A DNA stretch of 62,649 nt, the filler included, from Anaerolineae bacterium (GTDB lineage: Bacteria; Chloroflexota; Anaerolineae; Epilineales; Epilineaceae): NCBI GenBank assembly GCA_029262755.1. It is 3 parts of 3 records of this genome, joined end to end, with 100 filler letters (N's around TTAATTAATTAA, not from the genome) between each part and the next. Parts side by side here need not be neighbours in the genome. Positions count along the whole stretch, not along the records: positions 1 to 27,931 come from JAJCYU010000028.1; 2 more parts are not named here. One strand, written 5' to 3'. Position numbers and translations under genes: made by a program. Positions 1-8,706 of the stretch are shown one piece after another. Each line of letters begins with the position of its first letter. Within the stretch, counting starts at the first letter, position 1. A model generated the notes under the pieces. That model saw only the letters and a list, made by a program, of their open reading frames with translations. It ran no database searches and was not told where the DNA came from.

Positions 1-576
1 CGCGTGGCCAAGGAGCGCAGCGTGCGGGTCGTGGCGGTGTCAAAGACGAGCCACGAGGCGACGCATGCGAAGCTGTGGCTACGCGCCGGCGAGGGCGACG
101 ACCGCTTGCCGGAGGATGCGACGGACTCCGGGCTCATCCACCGGTTCACCGATCGCGAGGCGGGGCATTCCGCGCCGGTCGTGCTCGGCGGTTGGGGCTT
201 CACCGGCGGCTCGCGCCACATCCTCGACAAGCCGGAGATCGCCGCGAGCCCGGCCATCGTCAGCTTCTTCGTGCGCCTGGCCGATTTCGACGACGCCTTG
301 CGCATCGATGTGCCCAGCCATCAATGCGGAGCGGACCGCTGCCTGGGGGACCTCGAAGGCGAGGTGCTCGGCGGCGGCTTCGCGGCCGTGCACGAGACCG
401 TGGGGCTGCTCGCGGCGGACTACGGAGGCTTGGTTGTGTACAACGCGTTGTTGTACAGCGTGGACCGCGAGGTGCGGCTCAAGCGTGAGACCGTGCGCGA
501 GGTCTACCTGCCGATGATCGAGAGCGAGCTCGGCATGCCCGTGCGTCGCAACCGCAGCGAGAGGCGCTTCGCATGA
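1..576 (+). CDS. nurA: NurA-like nuclease, C-terminal part (5' end outside window)
   Basis: Frame is open from base 1. RVVAVSKTS, FFVRL...ALRIDVP and YNALLYSVDREVRL resemble the C-terminal motifs of NurA. herA and mre11 homologs lie about 8 kb downstream. Confidence 0.55.
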   Translation, partial: RVAKERSVRVVAVSKTSHEATHAKLWLRAGEGDDRLPEDATDSGLIHRFTDREAGHSAPVVLGGWGFTGGSRHILDKPEIAASPAIVSFFVRLADFDDALRIDVPSHQCGADRCLGDLEGEVLGGGFAAVHETVGLLAADYGGLVVYNALLYSVDREVRLKRETVREVYLPMIESELGMPVRRNRSERRFA

Positions 577-1100
577 ACGATGACTACCGGCGATCGACGT
601 GGATCGCGACGCGACGATTGCGAACTCGACCGCTGGCCTTGGCCGCGCTGATGGCCGCGGCTCTGCTCGTGGCCGCGTGCGATGGGACGGTCGCCGAGCC
701 CGTCACCGGGGAGCCCGCCGCCGCCGTCACGGTGGACGATATCACGGTGCGCGATGCCTGGCTGCGGCCCGCGGCCGAAGGGGGCAGCACGGCCGCGTAC
801 TTCGTTGCCGCGAATCGGGGCGGCGCGGACGATCGGCTGTTGCGCGTCGCGATCGATGGGGCCGCGGTGGTGGAGATCCACGAGACGGTGCTCGACGGCG
901 ACATCGCGCGCATGGAGGCGCGGCCGGACGGGATCGTGGTGCCGGCGGGCGGCGAGACGGCCTTCGCGCCGATGGGCTTGCACGTGATGGTCGTCGACGT
1001 GCGCCCGGCGATCGAGGACGGAGCGACGGTCGATCTGGTGCTGGAGTTCGAACGAGCCGGCAGCGTGGTCGTGCCCGCCGAGGTTACCCTGGGCCGCTAG
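573..1100 (+). CDS. PCu(A)C family copper chaperone, probable lipoprotein
   Basis: Lipobox-like LVAAC; IHET...M...GLHVM copper-binding motif; ATGA overlap with the upstream gene. Confidence 0.9.
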   Translation: MNDDYRRSTWIATRRLRTRPLALAALMAAALLVAACDGTVAEPVTGEPAAAVTVDDITVRDAWLRPAAEGGSTAAYFVAANRGGADDRLLRVAIDGAAVVEIHETVLDGDIARMEARPDGIVVPAGGETAFAPMGLHVMVVDVRPAIEDGATVDLVLEFERAGSVVVPAEVTLGR

Positions 1101-1130
1101 CTGCGCGCTCTCGACCATGCCGCGGGAACC

Positions 1131-1892
1131 CTAGTCCTTCGCGGCGTCCAACAGCATCGCGAGATCGTGGGCCACGTCGTCCGGCGTGGGGCTCAGGAAG
1201 CCCTCGCGCAGCTGTCCGTCCTCGTCGATCACGAAGACCGTTGCGCTGTGCGCCATCGAATAGGGGTCGGTCTCGGGGTCCGCGCCTTCCGGCCATTCCT
1301 TGGCGAAGGATACGGAGTATGCGTCCGCGACGGCCTCGATCTGCGCCATCTCGCCCGTCAGGCCGATCGCGCCTTCGTGGAAGGCCTCGACGTAGCCGCC
1401 TAGAATCGTCGGCGTGTCGCGCTCGGGATCGACCGTCACGAGGACCACCTGGACGTCTTCCGCGGCCGTGCCGAGTTGGGTGATGCCTTGCCCCAAGGTC
1501 AGGAGCGTCGTCGGACAGATGTCCGGGCAATGCGTGAATCCGAAGAACAGCAGCACGATCTTGCCGCGGGCATCCGAGAGGGAAAAGGGCATGCCGTCTT
1601 GCGCGGTGAGCGTGAAGTCCGGCGCCAGGCGCACGGGCAGGATACGAAATCCGCGCAGCTCCGGCGCGTCCTCGGAGCGCCCTGCCACCAGGATCGCCGG
1701 CCCTTCCGGCTCACCCTCCGCCAACCGGACCGCCGCGAAGACGGCGATCGCGCCCGCGACGATCGCGATCATCGCCAACACAGGGATCAGCCAACGTGGC
1801 CCGGGCGGCGTGGTTGCATCGACCGACGGTGGGGCGGAGGCATGGGGCATGTCTTCGACGGACATAACGACATCCTGTTCAGAATCGCTCAT
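1131..1892 (-). CDS. SCO1/SenC family copper protein
   Basis: N-terminal TM helix, FGFTHCPDICP (CxxxC) and downstream MAHS His. Start 1892 chosen because TATCGT lies 6 nt upstream. Confidence 0.92.
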   Translation of the reverse strand: MSDSEQDVVMSVEDMPHASAPPSVDATTPPGPRWLIPVLAMIAIVAGAIAVFAAVRLAEGEPEGPAILVAGRSEDAPELRGFRILPVRLAPDFTLTAQDGMPFSLSDARGKIVLLFFGFTHCPDICPTTLLTLGQGITQLGTAAEDVQVVLVTVDPERDTPTILGGYVEAFHEGAIGLTGEMAQIEAVADAYSVSFAKEWPEGADPETDPYSMAHSATVFVIDEDGQLREGFLSPTPDDVAHDLAMLLDAAKD

Positions 1893-2010
1893 GGACAAAC
1901 GATAGCGCGACTTTGCGCCGCGGTCGGTCCCGATGGCGTCCAAGCTTGATGCAGCGGGTCCGGTTCGGTCCCGTTCGATCGCCCACTCTGTAGTTGTCCT
2001 ACGCCATCGC

Positions 2011-2685
2011 TCAACCGCGCTTGCGCAGCCGATCGTTCTCGCGCTGCTCTTCGGCCATGCGCTTCTTCGTCGCGGACCAGGCGCAGATCGGGCATGCGCT
2101 CAGATCGTGGAAGCGGGCCGGGCAATGCTCGCGGCCGAAGAAGATCATCTGCAGGTGGACCTTCGCCCAGGCGTCCTCGGGAAAGAGGGCCTTCAGGTCG
2201 CGCTCGGTCTGCTCGACGTTGCGTCCGTTGGAGAGTCCCCAACGCGCGGCGAGGCGATGGACGTGCGTGTCGACGGGGAAGGCGGGGCGCCCAAAGGCCT
2301 GGGCGATGACGACCGACGCGGTCTTGTGGCCCACGCCGGGCAGGGCCTCGAGGGCGGCGAAGTCATCGGGCACCGTGCCGCCGTGCTGCTCGGCCAGAAT
2401 GCGTCCGGTCTCACGCAGGCGCTTCGCTTTCTGCGGCGCGAGGCCGATCTCTGCGATGAGCGTACGGATCTGCTCTACCTCGAGGGCCGCCATCGCGGCG
2501 GGCGTCGGCGCAGCGGCAAAGAGGGCCGGCGTGACCTCGTTGACCTTCTTGTCCGTCGTGCGCGCGGAGAGGACCACCGCCACGAGCAACGTGAAGGGGT
2601 CCTGGTGATCCAAGGGAATCGGGGGTTCGGGGTAGAGCGCGTCCAGCTGATGGCGGATGCGCTCCGCTTTCTCGGCACGTCGCAT
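2011..2685 (-). CDS. nth: Endonuclease III (HhH-GPD DNA glycosylase)
   Basis: LEALPGVGHKTA HhH motif, FPVDTHVHR, C-terminal Cys cluster. Confidence 0.95.
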   Translation of the reverse strand: MRRAEKAERIRHQLDALYPEPPIPLDHQDPFTLLVAVVLSARTTDKKVNEVTPALFAAAPTPAAMAALEVEQIRTLIAEIGLAPQKAKRLRETGRILAEQHGGTVPDDFAALEALPGVGHKTASVVIAQAFGRPAFPVDTHVHRLAARWGLSNGRNVEQTERDLKALFPEDAWAKVHLQMIFFGREHCPARFHDLSACPICAWSATKKRMAEEQRENDRLRKRG

Positions 2686-2741
2686 GGCGCGCAGGATAGC
2701 CGCGCTGCCCGGTCACGACGAAGCGGACCGTCCCGGTGCCG

Positions 2742-2948
2742 CTACGGTGAAGGTGAGATTGCCCGTGCCTCGGACGGCTCAGCCGCAATTCCGGCACGCT
2801 CGCCGCGCATGAGCCGGCCGAAGTCTTCGATCGCAAGCACATCCCAGCCGCGCGTGGGCGAGAGCGGAGACACAAACGCAACGCCTGCGCCGAGGAACGC
2901 GGCAGAGAATATGACCAGCAGGATGGTTCTGTGCGCACGCCTCTTCAC
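2742..2948 (-). CDS. Small (68 aa) putative membrane/secreted protein
   Basis: GTG at 2948 with GGAG upstream; basic N-terminus KRRAHR followed by hydrophobic ILLVIFSAAFLGAGVAFV. Confidence 0.4.
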   Translation of the reverse strand: MKRRAHRTILLVIFSAAFLGAGVAFVSPLSPTRGWDVLAIEDFGRLMRGERAGIAAEPSEARAISPSP

Positions 2949-3335
2949 AAAGAACTCCAGGGCTCGCTGAGCGGTGCACGAAAGGCGGAAGGGTGACGCC
3001 CGCCGACACGGGCGCCATCCTCCTCCCGCTTCGCGGAGAGAGGGGCCTCCGCGTGCTCGGGGCGCGGTCCTTGTTCCCCAACGACCGTCGCAGCCCTCAC
3101 GACGAGCCGCGTTGCGATGGGTTACATCCTGTGGCTCTGGCGTGCGTGGGACATGCCTGGAGATCTTGCGACAATGCGCACGGAAAGGGCCAAGGCTTCG
3201 GGGGAAGCCTTGGCCCTTGGAGAGGACGGTTGTTTGCTTGGCCGGCACCGTACCTCGCTACTTGTGCCCTGATCGAGCATACGTCGATGCTGCACTCAAC
3301 CAGTCCCGGCCGAGTCCATGCGACGCGCTCCGCGG

Positions 3336-4940
3336 TCAGTCCTTGGTGGTGAAGGTCTTGATGGGACCAACCGAAAGACCGCCGGTGTCATTCTCGCTCA
3401 GCACTTGATAGTAGTAGGTGGTATCGCTCGAGAGACCGCTCAAGTTGCGCTTCGGCCTCGTGGACAAGGACGAGTTCTTCGACGACAAAGTACCCAGAGC
3501 CGAGGTCGTCCCGTACTCGACCTGCGCCGTGCACGGCTCGCTGCAGTCCCACTGGATCCGGGCGCTCGACGAGCGGATCCTACGCGCGCGGATGTTCGTG
3601 AGCGTGGGGCCGCTCGCCTCGACCGTCGGGGTCGGGCTCGGCTGGGACGTCGGGCTCGGCTGCGGGGTGGACGTTGGGGGCGGGGGAGGCGGTGGCGCCT
3701 CGACCTCGTCGACGGCCGCCGCCGCGTCGAGGCGACCATGGCCGAACTTGTGGTCGTAGCCTGGATCGCCGAGATCTACGCCGGTGTTCTCAAGGATGGT
3801 TCGCACATCGTCGGAGGTCTGCGTGTCATCGATGGCCAGCACGAGGGCTGCCACGGCGCTGACATGGGCGGCCGCCGTGCTCGTTCCGGTCCGGGAGGAG
3901 TACGAGTTGCCGCTGTCACGCCACTCCGTACTCTGAATGGATACACCGGGTGCGCTCACGGCCACGAAATCACCGCGGTTGGACAACATGAAGTGACGGT
4001 CGAACCGGTCCGTCGCCCCGACGCCGACCACGTTGTCGTAGGCGGCTGGATAACGCGGCTGGGTGCTGTTGTTGTTACCGACGGCCGCGATGAGCAGCAG
4101 CCCCGCGGCGTCCGCGTAGTCGATCGCGTCCTTTACTGCAGGCACATCGCTCGTGCTTGAGAAGCTCAAGTTGAGAATGTGCGCGCCGTGATCAGCTGCC
4201 CAGGTGATGCCGTCTGCGATGTCCGCAGCCGAGCCGATGTTGCTGCTGTCGAGCACCTTGACCGGCATGAGCATCGTCTCATGACCGATCGACGCAACAC
4301 CGGTCGTGTTGTTCGTGTGCGCGCCGATGATTCCACTGATATGGGTGCCATGCCCGTGATCATCACTCGGGTCGGCGTCATCGTTGACGATGTCGTACCC
4401 GGCTACCCACGTGCCATCGATGTCGGGATGCCCCATGTCCAACCCGGTGTCCAAGACGCCTACAATCACGGTGTCGGATCCGGTCGTCGTATCCCAAGCG
4501 GAAGGCGCATCGATCGTATCGACCGCCCATTGCTGGCTCGCTACGTACTCGGGATCATCCGGTGCGGACGATCCCTCGAAGATCACGTCCGCATGTACGT
4601 AGCGGAGCGCGGCACTTACTTCCAGCGTATCGAGAGCATGTTGGGGTAGCGCGGAGCCGTCCTGAGCGTGAGCTGGACGGACGAGCAGCGTTGAGATGGC
4701 TTGGTTCCAACGGACGGGAACAAGACCGGCGCGCATGGCAGTGTCGTGTGCCGTTGCAACGTCGGTACCCGGCTCGAAGCCGAGCATGAAGTCCCCAGTC
4801 GTGGGATTGGATGGTGCGAGCTGCACGCTTAGTGCGTCGCTCGTGTCAGATGCACGTACCGCCGAAGCGGCTGGAATGTGTGCGACACCAACCATGGCAA
4901 CAACGATCAGAGCCGCGAAGGCTCCTCGGGTAGTACGCAT
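3336..4940 (-). CDS. Secreted S8 (thermitase-like) serine peptidase with Pro/Thr linker and C-terminal FN3-like domain
   Basis: Signal peptide; VLDTG, HGHGTH and GTS catalytic motifs; LSGLSSDTTYYYQV FN3-like tail; AGGAG RBS. Confidence 0.92.
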   Translation of the reverse strand: MRTTRGAFAALIVVAMVGVAHIPAASAVRASDTSDALSVQLAPSNPTTGDFMLGFEPGTDVATAHDTAMRAGLVPVRWNQAISTLLVRPAHAQDGSALPQHALDTLEVSAALRYVHADVIFEGSSAPDDPEYVASQQWAVDTIDAPSAWDTTTGSDTVIVGVLDTGLDMGHPDIDGTWVAGYDIVNDDADPSDDHGHGTHISGIIGAHTNNTTGVASIGHETMLMPVKVLDSSNIGSAADIADGITWAADHGAHILNLSFSSTSDVPAVKDAIDYADAAGLLLIAAVGNNNSTQPRYPAAYDNVVGVGATDRFDRHFMLSNRGDFVAVSAPGVSIQSTEWRDSGNSYSSRTGTSTAAAHVSAVAALVLAIDDTQTSDDVRTILENTGVDLGDPGYDHKFGHGRLDAAAAVDEVEAPPPPPPPTSTPQPSPTSQPSPTPTVEASGPTLTNIRARRIRSSSARIQWDCSEPCTAQVEYGTTSALGTLSSKNSSLSTRPKRNLSGLSSDTTYYYQVLSENDTGGLSVGPIKTFTTKD

Positions 4941-5333
4941 CTTTGCCCTCTCCTATTGTTCACTGCGTGCGCTGGCGCTTTCCTAGCTATGTGCACCGCA
5001 CGCAATGTGCGTTCAGCGACAAACGTGGCCGCTGATAGGTACTGCACGGCGATGTCGGGTCGTTGTACGGAGTTCCTCAGCTCCGCGAACGAATTCCAAC
5101 GGACCGCTCCTGCTCCACCGCATAGTGAGCGATGGGGCCCCCCTGTACGCTACCTCCTCTCTGGGAAATGTCACCGAAAATTAACCTGGCGGCTCAAACA
5201 AATCGCGCGGCCGCTTGGGCATGCAGACGACTAGCATACACAAAAGTTACATCAAAATCTATGGGCTGCGGACGGATTCACTGGGCGCTGGGAATCGACG
5301 GTTGGCAACGAAGTCCGCCAACTCCATCCCTGC

Positions 5334-6599
5334 CTACGGCTCGTAGTCCAACAACAACGGGAACTCGCGGCCGCGCGTGATGAAGTTTCCGCCGAGGCGG
5401 ATCGCGTAGAGGTCGTACTCGCCCGTGCGGTTGTCGCTGAAGACGATGATGCCCTGGTCGCTGTCCGGCCAGGACTGGTCGGCCGCGGGCACCACGATGC
5501 CGCGCGTGCCGCCTCGTGTGCGGTTGTTGGCGTAGACCTGCGCGCCGGCGATGTCGGCGCCGCTCGCGAAGTTGTAGACATTCCACAACAGCCCGGATCC
5601 GCCGAAGCGCGGCGCGAAGTCGTCGTCGCCCGTGCCTGCGAGACGATAGTCGTTGCCGCGCGGCAGGCCGTTGGTCAAGCGGAGGGCGTAGATCTCCGCG
5701 TCGACGCCGCGGTCGTCCACCCAAGCTACAACGCCGCCCGAGGTGGTCGGGTCGGTCGCGTTCCACGACTCGCCTTGGAAGAGCGGGTAGGAGCGGCCGA
5801 TCGGGATGCCGTTGCCGCGCACGCGCATGCCCCAGATCTCGTCGAGGTCGCGGGTGTTGTCGTCCCACACGACCATGTAGTCATCGCCGGCGATGGCGAC
5901 GTCCGGCCGCTGCTGATCACCGGGGCCGCCGGCCAACAGCCGCGGCTTGCTACGGCTGAAGCCGGCGCTGGATACGCGGACGCTCATCACGTCCCAGCCG
6001 TTCGGCTCCCCGAAGAACTCGCTGTAGACCATGAAGTACTCTTCGCGGCCGTTGTGCCACACGAGGGCGGGGCTACTGCGCTCACCGGGCGGCTCCGGCT
6101 GGCGGCCGGCCCGTTGCTGCTCTCGTACGACCTGCCAGCCGCCGCGCTGCGGACCGCCCTGGGGCAGGCCGTTGTTGAACAGGAACTTGGCGTAGATCTC
6201 GTGCCCGTTGCCGCGGTCCTCGAGCCACACCAGCAGGAATCGTTGCAGGTCCTTGTGGCCGGCGTAGGACACCGCGGGCATCTTCTGCTCGCGCGGTGTG
6301 CGCGCCGCAGCAAGGCCCGAAGGCGACGCGGCCAGACCGGCAAGGTCAAAGGGGCCGCCGTCGAGACCGAGCCCGAGGACCGCCGCCACATCGCGGTCGA
6401 TGGCGGGAGCTGCGACATCGTCCAGGGCCGGATCGATCGGCAGCACATGATCGAAGATCGTGCCGGGGTCGCGGTCGGGGTCGAGCCCCGGCGCCGGATC
6501 GGCCGCGGCCGTGCCGGGCAGCAGCGCGGCCGCCAGGAGCAAGATGAGCGCGGCCAGGATCGGAGCGCGCGGTACGACAATGGTAGATCGCAAGGGCAT
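5334..6599 (-). CDS. Secreted repeat (beta-propeller-like) protein
   Basis: GGAGG RBS before ATG 6599; signal peptide; repeated VW-x-D-x-R...IY(A/G) units. Confidence 0.75.
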   Translation of the reverse strand: MPLRSTIVVPRAPILAALILLLAAALLPGTAAADPAPGLDPDRDPGTIFDHVLPIDPALDDVAAPAIDRDVAAVLGLGLDGGPFDLAGLAASPSGLAAARTPREQKMPAVSYAGHKDLQRFLLVWLEDRGNGHEIYAKFLFNNGLPQGGPQRGGWQVVREQQRAGRQPEPPGERSSPALVWHNGREEYFMVYSEFFGEPNGWDVMSVRVSSAGFSRSKPRLLAGGPGDQQRPDVAIAGDDYMVVWDDNTRDLDEIWGMRVRGNGIPIGRSYPLFQGESWNATDPTTSGGVVAWVDDRGVDAEIYALRLTNGLPRGNDYRLAGTGDDDFAPRFGGSGLLWNVYNFASGADIAGAQVYANNRTRGGTRGIVVPAADQSWPDSDQGIIVFSDNRTGEYDLYAIRLGGNFITRGREFPLLLDYEP

Positions 6600-6723
6600 C
6601 GTGTCCTCCAACATTCGCGGTCGGCGGGCTCTGCGAACGGCCGACCTGGAATCGAACATAGCGTCCAGGTGGGGGGCCGTCAACGAGCCGTTGACGCGTA
6701 TAAGGCGCAATCATGGCGCGGGG

Positions 6724-8496
6724 TCACCGCGTGCCGAGCAGTTCTTCCTGCACGCCGATCGTCGCGATCTCGTCGCCGAGGACGGCGTGGGCGATGGCAG
6801 CCATAGCGGCATAGGTGGGGTCGATGCCGTAGTAGCCGAGGTTCTGCGAGCCGAGATTCTTGCCCTTGCTGAAGGGCGTGTCCGAGGCGTAGTGGATGAA
6901 GCCGATCGGGAAGGGCGCGCCGGTCAGGTGCACGATCTCGTCCTGGGGATAGCGTTTCGGCCGCACCATCTCGTACACGGCGGAAAGATACGGTCCCGCC
7001 TCCATCTCCATCACGGTGTAGCCCTCTTTGTAGAACACCGCCATGTAGCCTTCGTTCTGCAAGAAGGTGCCGAGCACGGAGATGGCCTTTTGGTGGTCGA
7101 GGACCGCTCCGTAGACCAGATGCGGCGCCACGTCGTCGGCGCGGAAGCGGTTGTCGAACAGGTACGTGCATCCCGAGTGCTCGTCGTGGACCACGGAGGC
7201 GATCATCACATCGCCGATGCGTCCGTTGAGCGTGGCGGCCTTGCCCGTGACGTACACGCCGCGCACGGAGCTAGCCCCGACCGCGACTTCGGAGAGCACC
7301 TGGTAGGCGGCCATGCCGAGGGGAAAGTCGATGTTGACCAGCAACGCGTCGCTTGCGGCGAGGCGCTCGAGGCCGGGCAGGCGTAGGCGCGGGTCGATGC
7401 GCTCCGGATCGAGCCGGGCGAGCTCCACAACCTGCACCGCCACGTCGAAGACGTGCTCGCTTGGCACGCGATGGATCCCGCACGCGGCTTCGGCCGCGCG
7501 GCGTTCCTCGGCGGCTTCGGGATGGGCCGCTTCGTACTTCTTGAGCACGTAGTAGAGGAAGTTCTCGCGGCTGCTTGGTACGTTGCGCGCCAAGATGTCG
7601 GCGTACTCCGCGCGCAGCGCCGCGTCGGAGCCCTCCGCCACGAAGGCCGCCAGCGCCGGCTCGATGGCCAACGCGTGGCCGCTGAGCAGGTTGGCGAGCG
7701 CGTGCATGTTGCTCGAGACGAAGTAGACCGGCCGCTCCTCGAAGGCGATTGTCGGCAGCGAGGCAATCACGTGGCCCCACCAACGGCGCGTGGCTCGGCG
7801 GTACTCGGCCAGGGAGCCGGAGAGCAGCCGCACCTGGATGCGGCAACGCGATTCGGCCAGGATCAGCAACTGCCGGACGAGGTCATCGCCCCAGACGCGG
7901 TGCAAGCGCTCGAGGTCCTCCTCGTCGAGGTCCGCGGCTTCCGCGAGCGACGCGCGCGCCTCGTCGTCCAACGCGCCGTCCTCGTGGTTCTCGAGAATCG
8001 CGCGCGCCGCAGGTCGCGCCAGGCGCGGACGCAGCTTGTCGCGTTCGATCTGATAGGCGACGAGGATGGGCACGAGGTCGTCGACGTCCGAGCGGCTGGC
8101 GATGTAAACCGCCAACGTGCCTTCGTTGTCCCAGAAACTGCGCCGCCGGCGCGCAGGCGCGGAGACCTCGGACCACGATTCGACGTCCGGGTAGCCATGC
8201 GCCGCAAAGACCCGGTCGGACTGGCCCATGACCACGTGCTGCACGCGGTGCAGCATCGGCACGCGCAGGACCGCGTACAGGAAGGCCGCCATATCCGGTT
8301 GCTCGTCACGCGCGCCGATATGCAGCGCCGAACGCATCTGTAGGTGGGCCTCTTCCAACGTGCGTACCGGGACGTCACGGCTGCTGCGTAGCAGCGACCA
8401 GTACGTGCGTTCGTACAAGGCGATGGCGTCAGTCGCGGCGCGAGGAACGGTGCGGTCCACGGGCTCTCCCAGGTCGATGAGGGGCGGAAGCCGCAT
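6724..8496 (-). CDS. Conserved hypothetical protein with nucleoside-phosphorylase-like C-terminal motifs
   Basis: 590 aa ORF with typical codon usage; GKAATLNGRIGDV, MEMEAGP and HYASD resemble PNP/AMP-nucleosidase fold motifs. Confidence 0.65.
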   Translation of the reverse strand: MRLPPLIDLGEPVDRTVPRAATDAIALYERTYWSLLRSSRDVPVRTLEEAHLQMRSALHIGARDEQPDMAAFLYAVLRVPMLHRVQHVVMGQSDRVFAAHGYPDVESWSEVSAPARRRRSFWDNEGTLAVYIASRSDVDDLVPILVAYQIERDKLRPRLARPAARAILENHEDGALDDEARASLAEAADLDEEDLERLHRVWGDDLVRQLLILAESRCRIQVRLLSGSLAEYRRATRRWWGHVIASLPTIAFEERPVYFVSSNMHALANLLSGHALAIEPALAAFVAEGSDAALRAEYADILARNVPSSRENFLYYVLKKYEAAHPEAAEERRAAEAACGIHRVPSEHVFDVAVQVVELARLDPERIDPRLRLPGLERLAASDALLVNIDFPLGMAAYQVLSEVAVGASSVRGVYVTGKAATLNGRIGDVMIASVVHDEHSGCTYLFDNRFRADDVAPHLVYGAVLDHQKAISVLGTFLQNEGYMAVFYKEGYTVMEMEAGPYLSAVYEMVRPKRYPQDEIVHLTGAPFPIGFIHYASDTPFSKGKNLGSQNLGYYGIDPTYAAMAAIAHAVLGDEIATIGVQEELLGTR

Positions 8497-8509
8497 GGTA
8501 CCATCGCGC

Positions 8510-8558
8510 TGGACGTATGCGACGGCGGCGCGCTATCCTGCGGGTGGAACACACGTTC
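8510..8558 (+). promoter_or_regulatory. Putative herA promoter with LexA-type SOS box
   Basis: TGGACG (8510-8515), 18 nt, TATCCT (8534-8539), 7 nt, GAACACACGTTC (8547-8558; GAAC-N4-GTTC). Confidence 0.7.
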
Positions 8559-8706
8559 TGAATTGCGCGCGTCTACCGATGGTCGGAAGCAGCATCACGT
8601 CGCAGCCTGACGTCACGGCCGCAGTCGCAGTCGCAGCCGCAGTCGCTACCTGATGACACGCCGTGCCTCCCGCCTCGCAACGCGATCCCATCCCGAGGAG
8701 CCCTCC

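Noticed and set aside
499..520. VYLPMI in the NurA-like protein as another copy of the C-terminal tag
   Set aside because: No Pro/Thr linker and a probably cytoplasmic protein; treated as coincidence.
8621..8647. Short microsatellite-like runs (GCAGTC repeats; also GCAGTT near 28305 and GCTCGGCCC x3 near 48434)
   Set aside because: Too few copies to imply phase variation or function.
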